Of a stretch of 64,000 nt of DNA, positions 9,201 to 20,400 are shown piece by piece. The stretch covers positions 1 to 64,000 of the forward strand of contig CM039000.1 of NCBI GenBank assembly GCA_017499595.2. The letters run 5' to 3'. Below the pieces are notes generated by a model. The model was not told where the DNA came from. It saw nothing but the letters and a program-made list of their open reading frames with translations, and searched no databases. The stretch is from Psilocybe cubensis. Its lineage: Eukaryota. The translations under genes were made by a program, and so were the position numbers. Position 1 is the stretch's first letter, and each line of letters begins with the position of its first letter.

Positions 9201-9738
9201 TAAAACCAGATTTGATCAGGTATGGAATTGGTTTTCAGCTGCTGAACTTGGAAAAACTGTTACCGAGTACTGGTCGGCATGGTATGAACATGCCGAGAAA
9301 GGTTTGTATAGTGCAGACTCGTCCAGACCCCTTATCAAACCAGATCCAAATTACGTTCACGACCTCGATGATGTTCGCCCGGAGCTGTTCACACAGATCC
9401 TCGTGGACGGAGAAACTGAGTTCGTACCGGATTTGAGGAAGATAGGACTACTCGGAAGTCGTTGGATAGTATCGCGAAAACGCAATACTAATCTTTTCGA
9501 CCTTGCAAATGTGTGGAAGAAAACAGTCTTTCGTAAACTGGATGAAGACATCGCTGAAAAAGGTGGTGTTGTTCCCGAAACTCAAAACGTTAATGAAACT
9601 TATCATTCTGCTTTAGTTGAAGCTGCTGAACAGATAAGTATCGAAAGTGATAACGAGATAATACTTCATAGACGTTCAATCTCACAAGAGAGGGAACATC
9701 CAGAATTCGGCAGAATATCCAAATCTTACAACCGATGA
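6268..9738 (+). CDS. 5'-truncated ORF1-RT (lacks the first ~20 codons and the native ATG)
   Basis: Protein matches 11419-14949 from TQAVVNN onward. Confidence 0.8.
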   Translation, partial: TQAVVNNTVFGVNDEAGRHNALIDELATVVIKKIAECRSIDQIVDCVFFDYRAALREFLLNLASWCDKRETVKASLERLELAVSAGNTPNRLRVKAPEFQLTKEFADAGSAEALRVSSTFSTARDVFQKAINDGAIQAKKDELAFWDDKCALNNCYEAAALIVKTTYDDRKSSYKLPVFSTDNKGVRRITDWVVSPQKKAECSALQTILPAIFSHIKQIVNLRHRALAIKIEKKRSTAATADVEMADATKPGPSIQSLIDKGLNARLKKLNLGSVGKKASSRNPSPIILDTNYYSNYPDFVWPEFVQGSSTSGQESWPFEIQTLVDAFAEEAPNQGFQQGRQQEEREGESSRQERSKGKGKGKSLDARSNVVPFTSVRPAFPNSIPDDILTMTKTDAVSFVHLHTPISFLLAGQYRSSVHCSPGVVVPVDIANDLSLGLNYMFFTLPSQSLIMQAWNDFQRRIRWRIYFLFKEGMNKPFDPDYGVSSKKKEKPPVLPQYMELGLSMGRRYVQRTIASIPEEALTEMRKHAFSPKRDKIRKFLIDNNYVITMTDKNLGLAVSERDWILRNELNLLEDERNYEELEFEVAQEVMKSKMIQMQTLARTVEDEHLFLFELGLSRFFLSNVPEDGSSFKYPQFHGIPKIHKKPTGFRPIIPCHSVVFNPAAKFVSKELKPIIKSTPSIIHGTKDLFTRLSQLRIDPKRQWYFVTGDVVAFYPNIPLDLCIEIVCNMYEEWLLNASEENTALAHINPNSLENNLVKLGIFKRAIEIGNTQLITQHGSRYFRQKNGLAMGVADSPDLANLFGAHFEIKSKILDHPNVAFYGRYIDDCFAIVYAESEALALNLIKETIKFDGCVIEWAVSSSGCQFLDAFIFKESGKLHWKPFVKTGNNRERVPWVSHHPLDVKRGVYIGELSRLAVLCSTKEIYIGAIRDLNALYLMRGYPENLVMSWCKKNIQERWEKRFALRVAEHDESILVLKTRFDQVWNWFSAAELGKTVTEYWSAWYEHAEKGLYSADSSRPLIKPDPNYVHDLDDVRPELFTQILVDGETEFVPDLRKIGLLGSRWIVSRKRNTNLFDLANVWKKTVFRKLDEDIAEKGGVVPETQNVNETYHSALVEAAEQISIESDNEIILHRRSISQEREHPEFGRISKSYNR

Positions 9739-10446
9739 AAAGAATACTAGCGCGTAAGGCGTAAAGCATTAGAAAAAAACCCTAACCGTAAGTATTCCTT
9801 GCTACAAAGTAACAAACATCTACTTACAAGCAACACATTGGATTAAATAGCTAAACCTAAACCTAAACCCTAAACCCTAAACCCTAAGCCCTAACCTAAC
9901 CCCAACCCTAAGCTAACTAAGTCTAACCTTAGTAGGAAGTAAGGTAGGCGTGTGAACTTCCGAAAGGCATGTGATTGTGAAGGGCCGGATCTAATTTAGT
10001 ACATGGGAAAAGTTACTTAGTACCTCGGGAAAAGTTCCTTAGTACCGTGGAAACATTTTTGATGGACCGGATCATGAACTGTCCAATTAAGATTCACAAC
10101 AATCAATCAATTGATTGTTAGGTAAGGACCCAGGTAAGCTATTTATACTCTTGACATGAGAATATTCCCATGTCACGGTTACTCGGAGCCACGTAACCAG
10201 AGTATTTTATATCCATGTGATTCACATCACAGTCAATAACCCACGATGTCAAAGAACAAAAGTGTTGGATCCACTTTTGACAGGTTACCATGTGCCACAT
10301 CGACCCGTGACACTCTGTTCATCAGAGATCTGTCTAACTTGACAATAAACATTGACAGATTTGTGATAGTCGGTAAGATACATGACAGCTGCGCAGCATC
10401 ACTTCACGCGCTGTCATCGGATGTTCCAGAACATTCCTTCTAAGAA

Positions 10447-10517
10447 TAGCCACTGAAGAGTCTATAAAGACGAAAGGGCTGGCTGCTGATAACAATCAAC
10501 AGCCCTCTGGCCTTCTT
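10447..10517 (+). ncRNA. Intact hammerhead ribozyme (subfamily B variant)
   Basis: Same core; stem III loop GCTGCTGATAACAATCAA; stem I GCCA/UGGC extended by AAGAA/UUCUU. Confidence 0.85.
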
Positions 10518-10589
10518 TCCATTTAACTCACAGTTTAAACAAGTCGCTCGCACCTCGCTTCGCTCGGTGCTCGCTCCCCCCCTAAACCC

Positions 10590-10650
10590 TAAACCCTAAA
10601 CCCTAAACCCTAAACCCTAAACCCTAAACCCTAAACCCTAAACCCTAACC
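10590..10650. repeat. Interstitial telomeric tract
   Basis: (TAAACCC)n between copies 2 and 3. Confidence 0.9.
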
Positions 10651-13600
10651 CTAAACCTAAACCTAAACCCTAAACCCTAAACCCTAAGCCCTAACCTAAC
10701 CCCAACCCTAAGCTAACTAAGTCTAACCTTAGTAGGAAGTAAGGTAGGCGTGTGAACTTCCGAAAGGCATGTGATTGTGAAGGGCCGGATCTAATTTAGT
10801 ACATGGGAAAAGTTACTTAGTACCTCGGGAAAAGTTCCTTAGTACCGTGGAAACATTTTTGATGGACCGGATCATGAACTGTCCAATTAAGATTCACAAC
10901 AATCAATCAATTGATTGTTAGGTAAGGACCCAGGTAAGCTATTTATACTCTTGACATGAGAATATTCCCATGTCACGGTTACTCGGAGCCACGTAACCAG
11001 AGTATTTTATATCCATGTGATTCACATCACAGTCAATAACCCACGATGTCAAAGAACAAAAGTGTTGGATCCACTTTTGACAGGTTACCATGTGCCACAT
11101 CGACCCGTGACACTCTGTTCATCAGAGATCTGTCTAACTTGACAATAAACATTGACAGATTTGTGATAGTCGGTAAGATACATGACAGCTGCGCAGCATC
11201 ACTTCACGCGCTGTCATCGGATGTTCCAGAACATTCCTTCTAAGAATAGCCACTGAAGAGTCTATAAAGACGAAAGGGCTGGCTGCTGATAACAATCAAC
11301 AGCCCTCTGGCCTTCTTTCCATTTAACTCACAGTTTAAACAAGTCGCTCGCACCTCGCTTCGCTCGGTGCTCGCTCCCCCCCTAAACCCAACGACTTTGC
11401 TATTACCCAACAGCTACTATGTCTTCCACTTACTCTGCTGCCTTCTCTCGTGCCATGTCCCCCACCCTGGACGCACTCACCCAGGCTGTCGTCAACAACA
11501 CAGTTTTTGGCGTCAACGACGAAGCTGGCCGCCACAACGCCCTCATCGACGAGTTGGCCACTGTCGTCATCAAGAAAATAGCTGAGTGCCGCTCCATTGA
11601 CCAGATTGTAGACTGCGTCTTTTTTGACTATCGTGCTGCCCTTAGGGAGTTTCTCCTCAACCTCGCATCGTGGTGCGATAAGAGGGAAACAGTCAAGGCT
11701 AGCCTCGAGCGCCTTGAACTTGCCGTTAGCGCAGGCAACACCCCCAATCGCCTTCGGGTGAAGGCTCCCGAGTTCCAACTTACGAAGGAATTCGCGGATG
11801 CCGGGTCAGCGGAAGCTCTTCGAGTTTCCTCTACGTTCTCCACCGCTCGTGATGTCTTCCAAAAGGCAATCAACGACGGCGCCATTCAGGCGAAAAAGGA
11901 CGAACTGGCCTTTTGGGATGATAAATGCGCACTCAATAACTGTTATGAAGCTGCTGCCCTCATCGTTAAGACAACTTACGATGATCGCAAATCCAGCTAT
12001 AAGCTCCCCGTTTTCTCTACAGACAACAAGGGAGTTCGTCGAATAACAGATTGGGTAGTGTCACCGCAGAAGAAGGCTGAATGCAGCGCATTGCAAACCA
12101 TTTTGCCAGCCATCTTCTCTCATATCAAACAGATTGTCAACTTGCGCCACCGCGCTTTGGCAATCAAGATTGAGAAAAAGCGGTCGACTGCGGCAACAGC
12201 CGATGTCGAGATGGCCGATGCGACCAAACCAGGTCCATCGATTCAATCCCTTATTGATAAGGGCTTGAATGCACGTCTCAAGAAGCTCAACCTTGGATCT
12301 GTGGGCAAGAAGGCAAGTTCTCGTAACCCTTCACCCATAATTCTGGATACTAATTACTATTCTAATTACCCAGACTTTGTCTGGCCAGAATTCGTCCAAG
12401 GCTCCTCAACCTCAGGCCAAGAAAGCTGGCCCTTCGAAATTCAAACCCTCGTCGACGCCTTCGCAGAAGAAGCCCCAAACCAAGGCTTCCAACAAGGTCG
12501 ACAACAAGAAGAAAGGGAAGGGGAGAGCTCCCGTCAAGAACGATCCAAAGGGAAAGGGAAAGGCAAGAGCCTAGACGCGCGGTCTAATGTAGTACCTTTT
12601 ACGTCGGTAAGACCCGCCTTCCCCAACTCTATTCCTGACGATATACTCACCATGACTAAAACAGACGCAGTTTCTTTTGTACACTTACATACGCCGATCT
12701 CATTCTTGTTGGCTGGCCAGTATCGTAGTAGTGTACACTGTAGTCCTGGTGTGGTGGTCCCTGTAGATATAGCAAATGATTTGTCACTCGGACTCAATTA
12801 TATGTTTTTTACTCTGCCTTCTCAAAGTCTGATCATGCAAGCATGGAATGATTTTCAACGAAGAATAAGATGGCGTATCTATTTTTTGTTTAAGGAAGGC
12901 ATGAACAAACCTTTTGATCCAGATTACGGAGTAAGCTCAAAAAAGAAAGAGAAACCTCCAGTATTACCGCAATACATGGAACTTGGCCTTTCGATGGGAC
13001 GTCGGTACGTGCAACGCACGATCGCAAGTATCCCGGAAGAAGCCCTTACGGAGATGCGAAAGCACGCGTTCTCTCCTAAAAGGGACAAGATCCGTAAGTT
13101 TCTTATCGATAACAACTATGTTATTACGATGACAGATAAGAATCTTGGCCTCGCGGTGTCTGAACGCGACTGGATATTAAGGAATGAGCTCAATCTTCTT
13201 GAAGATGAACGTAACTATGAAGAGTTAGAATTCGAAGTTGCGCAAGAAGTAATGAAGAGCAAAATGATCCAGATGCAAACTCTTGCACGTACCGTCGAAG
13301 ATGAACATCTGTTTCTATTTGAACTTGGGTTGTCTCGATTCTTTCTATCGAATGTACCGGAAGACGGATCATCGTTCAAGTATCCTCAATTTCATGGTAT
13401 ACCTAAAATCCACAAAAAACCTACTGGATTTAGGCCCATAATTCCGTGTCACTCTGTAGTATTTAATCCTGCAGCCAAGTTTGTATCAAAAGAGCTTAAG
13501 CCGATTATTAAATCGACTCCTTCAATCATTCACGGAACGAAGGATCTCTTTACGAGATTAAGCCAATTGCGTATAGACCCCAAACGACAATGGTATTTTG

Positions 13601-15796
13601 TCACCGGGGATGTAGTTGCTTTCTATCCCAATATTCCGTTGGACTTGTGCATCGAAATCGTTTGTAATATGTACGAGGAATGGTTACTCAACGCTTCGGA
13701 AGAAAACACTGCATTAGCCCATATTAATCCAAATTCGTTAGAGAATAACTTGGTTAAATTGGGCATCTTTAAACGTGCTATCGAGATTGGCAATACGCAA
13801 TTGATAACACAACATGGGTCTAGATATTTTAGACAAAAAAATGGCCTCGCAATGGGCGTCGCGGATTCTCCGGACCTTGCTAACCTCTTTGGAGCCCATT
13901 TTGAAATAAAGTCAAAAATCTTAGACCACCCAAACGTGGCCTTCTATGGAAGGTACATCGACGATTGTTTCGCAATTGTTTACGCCGAGTCCGAAGCACT
14001 TGCACTTAATCTTATTAAAGAAACAATAAAGTTCGATGGTTGTGTTATCGAATGGGCTGTTTCCTCGTCGGGATGTCAATTTCTCGATGCTTTCATATTC
14101 AAGGAGTCTGGAAAACTTCATTGGAAGCCATTTGTCAAGACAGGAAACAACCGAGAACGAGTTCCATGGGTATCACATCATCCTTTGGACGTCAAACGTG
14201 GCGTCTACATTGGAGAGTTATCCAGGTTAGCCGTGCTATGTAGTACCAAGGAAATCTACATCGGAGCAATTAGAGACCTTAACGCTCTCTATTTGATGCG
14301 CGGTTATCCCGAAAACCTAGTCATGTCTTGGTGTAAGAAGAATATACAAGAACGTTGGGAAAAGCGATTCGCTTTACGAGTCGCAGAGCACGACGAATCC
14401 ATTCTTGTACTTAAAACCAGATTTGATCAGGTATGGAATTGGTTTTCAGCTGCTGAACTTGGAAAAACTGTTACCGAGTACTGGTCGGCATGGTATGAAC
14501 ATGCCGAGAAAGGTTTGTATAGTGCAGACTCGTCCAGACCCCTTATCAAACCAGATCCAAATTACGTTCACGACCTCGATGATGTTCGCCCGGAGCTGTT
14601 CACACAGATCCTCGTGGACGGAGAAACTGAGTTCGTACCGGATTTGAGGAAGATAGGACTACTCGGAAGTCGTTGGATAGTATCGCGAAAACGCAATACT
14701 AATCTTTTCGACCTTGCAAATGTGTGGAAGAAAACAGTCTTTCGTAAACTGGATGAAGACATCGCTGAAAAAGGTGGTGTTGTTCCCGAAACTCAAAACG
14801 TTAATGAAACTTATCATTCTGCTTTAGTTGAAGCTGCTGAACAGATAAGTATCGAAAGTGATAACGAGATAATACTTCATAGACGTTCAATCTCACAAGA
14901 GAGGGAACATCCAGAATTCGGCAGAATATCCAAATCTTACAACCGATGAAAAGAATACTAGCGCGTAAGGCGTAAAGCATTAGAAAAAAACCCTAACCGT
15001 AAGTATTCCTTGCTACAAAGTAACAAACATCTACTTACAAGCAACACATTGGATTAAATAGCTAAACCTAAACCTAAACCCTAAACCCTAAACCCTAAGC
15101 CCTAACCTAACCCCAACCCTAAGCTAACTAAGTCTAACCTTAGTAGGAAGTAAGGTAGGCGTGTGAACTTCCGAAAGGCATGTGATTGTGAAGGGCCGGA
15201 TCTAATTTAGTACATGGGAAAAGTTACTTAGTACCTCGGGAAAAGTTCCTTAGTACCGTGGAAACATTTTTGATGGACCGGATCATGAACTGTCCAATTA
15301 AGATTCACAACAATCAATCAATTGATTGTTAGGTAAGGACCCAGGTAAGCTATTTATACTCTTGACATGAGAATATTCCCATGTCACGGTTACTCGGAGC
15401 CACGTAACCAGAGTATTTTATATCCATGTGATTCACATCACAGTCAATAACCCACGATGTCAAAGAACAAAAGTGTTGGATCCACTTTTGACAGGTTACC
15501 ATGTGCCACATCGACCCGTGACACTCTGTTCATCAGAGATCTGTCTAACTTGACAATAAACATTGACAGATTTGTGATAGTCGGTAAGATACATGACAGC
15601 TGCGCAGCATCACTTCACGCGCTGTCATCGGATGTTCCAGAACATTCCTTCTAAGAATAGCCACTGAAGAGTCTATAAAGACGAAAGGGCTGGCTGCTGA
15701 TAACAATCAACAGCCCTCTGGCCTTCTTTCCATTTAACTCACAGTTTAAACAAGTCGCTCGCACCTCGCTTCGCTCGGTGCTCGCTCCCCCCCTAA
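10651..15796 (+). mobile_element. PLE copy 3, subfamily B, full length; both pLTRs (10651-11389, 15062-15796) lack the group I intron
   Basis: Direct repeats around an intact ORF; intact hammerheads at ~11247-11317 and ~15658-15728. Confidence 0.92.
11419..14949 (+). CDS. ORF1-RT polyprotein (1176 aa)
   Basis: Same PLE RT motifs; uninterrupted ORF. Confidence 0.93.
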   Translation: MSSTYSAAFSRAMSPTLDALTQAVVNNTVFGVNDEAGRHNALIDELATVVIKKIAECRSIDQIVDCVFFDYRAALREFLLNLASWCDKRETVKASLERLELAVSAGNTPNRLRVKAPEFQLTKEFADAGSAEALRVSSTFSTARDVFQKAINDGAIQAKKDELAFWDDKCALNNCYEAAALIVKTTYDDRKSSYKLPVFSTDNKGVRRITDWVVSPQKKAECSALQTILPAIFSHIKQIVNLRHRALAIKIEKKRSTAATADVEMADATKPGPSIQSLIDKGLNARLKKLNLGSVGKKASSRNPSPIILDTNYYSNYPDFVWPEFVQGSSTSGQESWPFEIQTLVDAFAEEAPNQGFQQGRQQEEREGESSRQERSKGKGKGKSLDARSNVVPFTSVRPAFPNSIPDDILTMTKTDAVSFVHLHTPISFLLAGQYRSSVHCSPGVVVPVDIANDLSLGLNYMFFTLPSQSLIMQAWNDFQRRIRWRIYFLFKEGMNKPFDPDYGVSSKKKEKPPVLPQYMELGLSMGRRYVQRTIASIPEEALTEMRKHAFSPKRDKIRKFLIDNNYVITMTDKNLGLAVSERDWILRNELNLLEDERNYEELEFEVAQEVMKSKMIQMQTLARTVEDEHLFLFELGLSRFFLSNVPEDGSSFKYPQFHGIPKIHKKPTGFRPIIPCHSVVFNPAAKFVSKELKPIIKSTPSIIHGTKDLFTRLSQLRIDPKRQWYFVTGDVVAFYPNIPLDLCIEIVCNMYEEWLLNASEENTALAHINPNSLENNLVKLGIFKRAIEIGNTQLITQHGSRYFRQKNGLAMGVADSPDLANLFGAHFEIKSKILDHPNVAFYGRYIDDCFAIVYAESEALALNLIKETIKFDGCVIEWAVSSSGCQFLDAFIFKESGKLHWKPFVKTGNNRERVPWVSHHPLDVKRGVYIGELSRLAVLCSTKEIYIGAIRDLNALYLMRGYPENLVMSWCKKNIQERWEKRFALRVAEHDESILVLKTRFDQVWNWFSAAELGKTVTEYWSAWYEHAEKGLYSADSSRPLIKPDPNYVHDLDDVRPELFTQILVDGETEFVPDLRKIGLLGSRWIVSRKRNTNLFDLANVWKKTVFRKLDEDIAEKGGVVPETQNVNETYHSALVEAAEQISIESDNEIILHRRSISQEREHPEFGRISKSYNR

Positions 15797-16415
15797 CCTA
15801 ACCCCAACCCTAAGCTAACTAAGTCTAACCTTAGTAGGAAGTAAGGTAGGCGTGTGAACTTCCGAACGGCATGTGATTGTGAAGGGCCGGATCTAATTTA
15901 GTACATGGGAAAAGTTACTTAGTACTTCGGGAAAAGTTCCTTAGTACCGTGGAAACATTTTTGATGGACCGGATCATGAACTGTCCAATTAAGATTCACA
16001 ACAATCAATCATTCTATTGTTTGATTGTTAGGTAAGGACCCAGGTAAGTTATTTATACTCTAGACATGTGAATATTCCCATGTCGCGGTTACTCGGAGCC
16101 ACGTAACCAGAGTAATCTATATCCATGTGATTCACATCACAGTCAATAACCCACGATGTCAAAGAACAAAAGTGTTGGATCCACTTTTGACAGGTTACCA
16201 TGTGCCACATCGACCCGTGACACTCTGTTCATCAGAGACCTGTCTAACTTGACAATAAACATTGACAGATTTGTGATAGTCGGTAAGATACATGACAGCT
16301 GCGCAGCATCACTTCACGCGCTGTCATCGGATGTCTAGAACATTCCTTCTAAGAATAGCCACTGAAGAGTCTATAAAGACGAAAGGGCTGGTTGTTGGGA
16401 TCCCCCAACAGCCCT

Positions 16416-17344
16416 CAAGTACTCGTCCTCTCCCAAACTCCTGCCGCTTGTGCCTTCCCAACTCATCCGGGAGCCCTTTCGTCACTGATCTTGCCCTTGA
16501 CTCGGGGACGTTTCATCGACATGTTGGCTGCCTCACGGCAAGCGGGGCCCTTTTTCTTTCACTCGCTCACGCCTTCTATGTTGGGTTACGGAGGTCATAC
16601 AAACTCGTTTTAGTCTAGCTGCGGGGATATCCAGCTATGATGACTTTGTAATTCGAGGGCGCGCAGTTCTTCAATGGGTATGGACATCAGGTGAGAGTAC
16701 ACTGGGGGTTGTCAGGACCAGCTCTGCTGGATACGCTCCTGGCAAGTCGGTTGCAGCCGGCGACACTACCGAATTGCTGGGACGTCCTAAAGCTTGTGGG
16801 TACCGCCGACCGCTGGAAACAGCCTAGGCACCGGTGGCGACCGGGTATGGTAACAATCCCCAAGATTCAGCGAAAGCTGGAATGGATAATCAGCAGCGAA
16901 TCCGTAACGGTCACGCCGACGGAAGCGTTCAACGACTAGGTGGTAGTGGGGTCTTCGGATCTTAAGATATAGTCTTGGGAGTGGGGAAACCCACATCTGG
17001 TATCTAAACCGCGCCTCGCTGCTTACGAGGACGGCCCGAAGTCCAGAACCGCTTAAAACGCGGGTGACCCGGCCTCCCCTTAGTAAAGGGAGTTAACACA
17101 AGGATGGACAAATAGTTCGTCGCCGGAAATGAACCTGTGGCTGTAATGGCTGATGTGGCGCCCCTTGGTAAAGGGCTTAAAGGGTATTAGCCTGCCATGT
17201 CCAATGGCATGAGAGTGTCCCTTGGTAAAGGACTTAATAGGCAATAGCCTGCTCTTTTGTCATGAGCGGTATGTAGTGATCGTTTGCCTGTACGGTAGCG
17301 CCCATTGCTTGCACTGGTCCACGCCCGTAAAAAATCACGAGCCG
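16416..17344 (+). ncRNA. Group I intron, second complete copy, at the same hammerhead position
   Basis: CAGCCCT|CAAGTACTC...GAGCCG|CTGGCTA; near-identical to 803-1731. Confidence 0.9.
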
Positions 17345-17455
17345 CTGGCTACTTTCCATTTAACTCCCAGTTTAAACTAGTCGCTCGCACCTCGCTTCGC
17401 TCGGTGCTCGCTCCCCCCCTAAACCCAACGACTTTGCTATTATCCATCAGCCACT

Positions 17456-20400
17456 ATGTCATCTCAATACTCTGCTGCTTTCTCTCGTGCCATGTCCCCC
17501 ACCCTGGACGCACTCACCCAGGCCGTCGTCAACAACACCGTTTTCGGCGTCAACGATGAAGCAGGCCGCCATAACGCTCTGATCGACGAGCTGGCCACTG
17601 TGGTCATCAAAAAAATAGCTGAGTGCCGCTCCGTTGACCAAGTCATAGACTGCGTCTTTTTTGACTATCGTGCTGCCCTTAGGGAGTTTCTCCTCAACCT
17701 CGCATCGTGGTGCGATAAGAGGGAAACAGTCAAGGCTAGCCTCGAGCGCCTTGAATCTGCCGTTAGCGCAGGCAACACGCCCAATCGCCTTAAGGTGAAG
17801 GCACCCGAGTTCCAACTTACGAAGGAATTCGCGAATGCCGGGTCAGCGGAGGCTCTTCGAGTCTCCACTACGTTCTCTACCGCTCGTGACGCCTTCCAAA
17901 AGGCAATTAACGACGGCGCCATTCAGGCGAAAAAGGACGAGCTGACTTTTTGGGATGATAAATGCGCACTCAACTCTTGCTACGAAGCTGCTGCCCTCAT
18001 CGTTAAGGCAACTTACGATGATCGCAAATCCAGCTACAAGCTCCCTGTTTTCTCTACAGATAACAAGGGAGTTCGACGTATAGCAGAGTGGGTAGTGTCT
18101 CCGCAAAAGAAAGCCGAATGCAGTGCGCTGCAAACCATACTGCCGGCGATCTTTTCTCACATCAAACAAATTGTCAACATGCGCCACCGCGCTTTGGCAA
18201 TTAAGATTGAGAAAAAGCGGACGACTGCGGCAACAGCCGATGTCGAGATGGCCGACGCGACCAAACCAGGTCCGTCGATTCAATCCCTTATTGATAAGGG
18301 CTTGAATGCACGTCTCAAGAAGCTCAACCTTGGATCTGTGGGCAAGAAAGCAAGTTTTCGTAACCCTTCACCCATAATTCTGGATACTAATTACTACTCT
18401 AATTACCCAGACTTTGTCTGGCCAGAATTCATCCAAGGCTCCTCAACCTCAGGCCAAGAAAGCTGGCCCTTCGAAACCCAAGTCGTCGTCGACGCCTTCG
18501 CAACGCAAGCCTCAAACCAAGGCTTCCAACAAGGTCGACAACAAGAAGAAAGGGAAGGGGAGAGCTCCCGTCAAGAACGATCCAAAGGGAAAGGGAAAGG
18601 CAAGAGCCTAGATGCGCGGTCTAATGTAGTACCTTTTACGTCGGTGAGACCCGCCTTCCCCAACTCTATTCCTGACGATATACTCACCATGACTAAAACA
18701 GACGCAGTTTCTTTCGTACACTTACATACTCCAATATCATTCTTGTTGGCTGGCCAGTATCGTAGTAGTGTACATTGTAGTCCTGGTGTTTCTGTCCCTG
18801 TTGATGTAGCAAACGATCTCTCTCTCGGACTTAATTATATGTTTTTCACTCTGCCTTCTAAAAGTCTGATCATGCAAGCATGGAATGATTTCCAACGAAG
18901 AATAAGATGGCGTATCTATTTTTTGTTTAAGGAAGGCATGAATAAACCTTTTGATCCAGATTATGGAGTAAGCTCAAAAAAGAAAGAGAAACCTCCTGTA
19001 TTACCGCAATATATGGAACTTGGCCTTTCGATGGGACGTCGGTACGTGCAACGCACGATCGCAAGTATCCCGGAAGAAGCCCTTACGGAGATGCGAAAGC
19101 ACGCGTTCTCTCCTAAAAGGGACAAGATCCGTAAGTTTCTTATCGATAACAACTATGTTATTACGATGACAGATAAGAATCTTGGCCTCGCGGTGTCTGA
19201 ACGCGACTGGATATTAAGGAATGAGCTCAATCTTCTTGAAGATGAACGTAATTACGAAGAGTTAGAATTCGAAGTTGCGCAAGAAGTTATGAAGAGCAAA
19301 ATGATTCAGATGCAAACGCTCGCACGTACTGTCGAAGATGAACATCTGTTTCTATTTGAACTTGGGTTGTCTCGATTCTTTCTATCGAATGTACCGGAAG
19401 ACGGATCATCGTTCAAGTATCCTCAATTTCATGGTATACCTAAAATCCACAAGAAACCTACTGGATTTAGGCCCATAATTCCGTGTCACTCTGTAGTATT
19501 TAATCCTGCAGCCAAGTTTGTATCAAAAGAGCTTAAGCCGATTATTAAATCGACTCCTTCAATCATACACGGAACGAAGGATCTCTTTACGAGATTAAGC
19601 CAATTGCGTATAGACTCCAAAAGACAATGGTATTTTGTCACTGGAGATGTAGTTGCTTTCTATCCCAATATTCCGTTGGACTTGTGCATCGAAATCGTTT
19701 GTAGTATGTACGAGGAATGGTTACTCAACGCTTCGGAAGAAAACACTGCATTAGCCCATATTAATCCAAATTCGTTAGAGAATAACTTGGTTAAATTGGG
19801 CATCTTTAAACGTGCTATCGAGATTGGCAATACGCAATTGATAACACAACATGGGTCTAGATATTTTAGACAAAAAAATGGCCTCGCAATGGGCGTCGCG
19901 GATTCTCCGGACCTTGCTAACCTCTTTGGAGCCCATTTTGAAATAAAGTCAAAAATCTTAGACCACCCAAACGTGGCCTTCTATGGAAGGTACATCGACG
20001 ATTGTTTCGCAATTGTTTACGCCGAGTCCGAAGCACTTGCACTTAATCTTATTAAAGAAACAATAAAGTTCGATGGTTGTGTTATCGAATGGGCTGTTTC
20101 CTCGTCGGGATGTCAATTTCTCGATGCTTTCATATTCAAGGAGTCTGGAAAACTTCATTGGAAGCCTTTTGTCAAGACAGGAAACAACCGAGAACGAGTT
20201 CCATGGGTATCACATCATCCTTTGGACGTCAAACGTGGCGTCTACATTGGAGAGTTATCCAGGTTAGCCGTGCTATGTAGTACCAAGGAAATCTACATCG
20301 GAGCAATTAGAGACCTTAACGCTCTCTATTTGATGCGCGGTTATCCCGAAAACCTAGTCATATCTTGGTGTAAGAAGAATATACAAGAACGTTGGGAAAA

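Larger units (their letters stand above)
6268..10589 (+). mobile_element. PLE copy 2, subfamily B, 5'-truncated; 3' pLTR ~9851-10589
   Basis: Starts inside the ORF (ACC CAG GCT = TQA) directly after telomere repeats. Confidence 0.9.
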
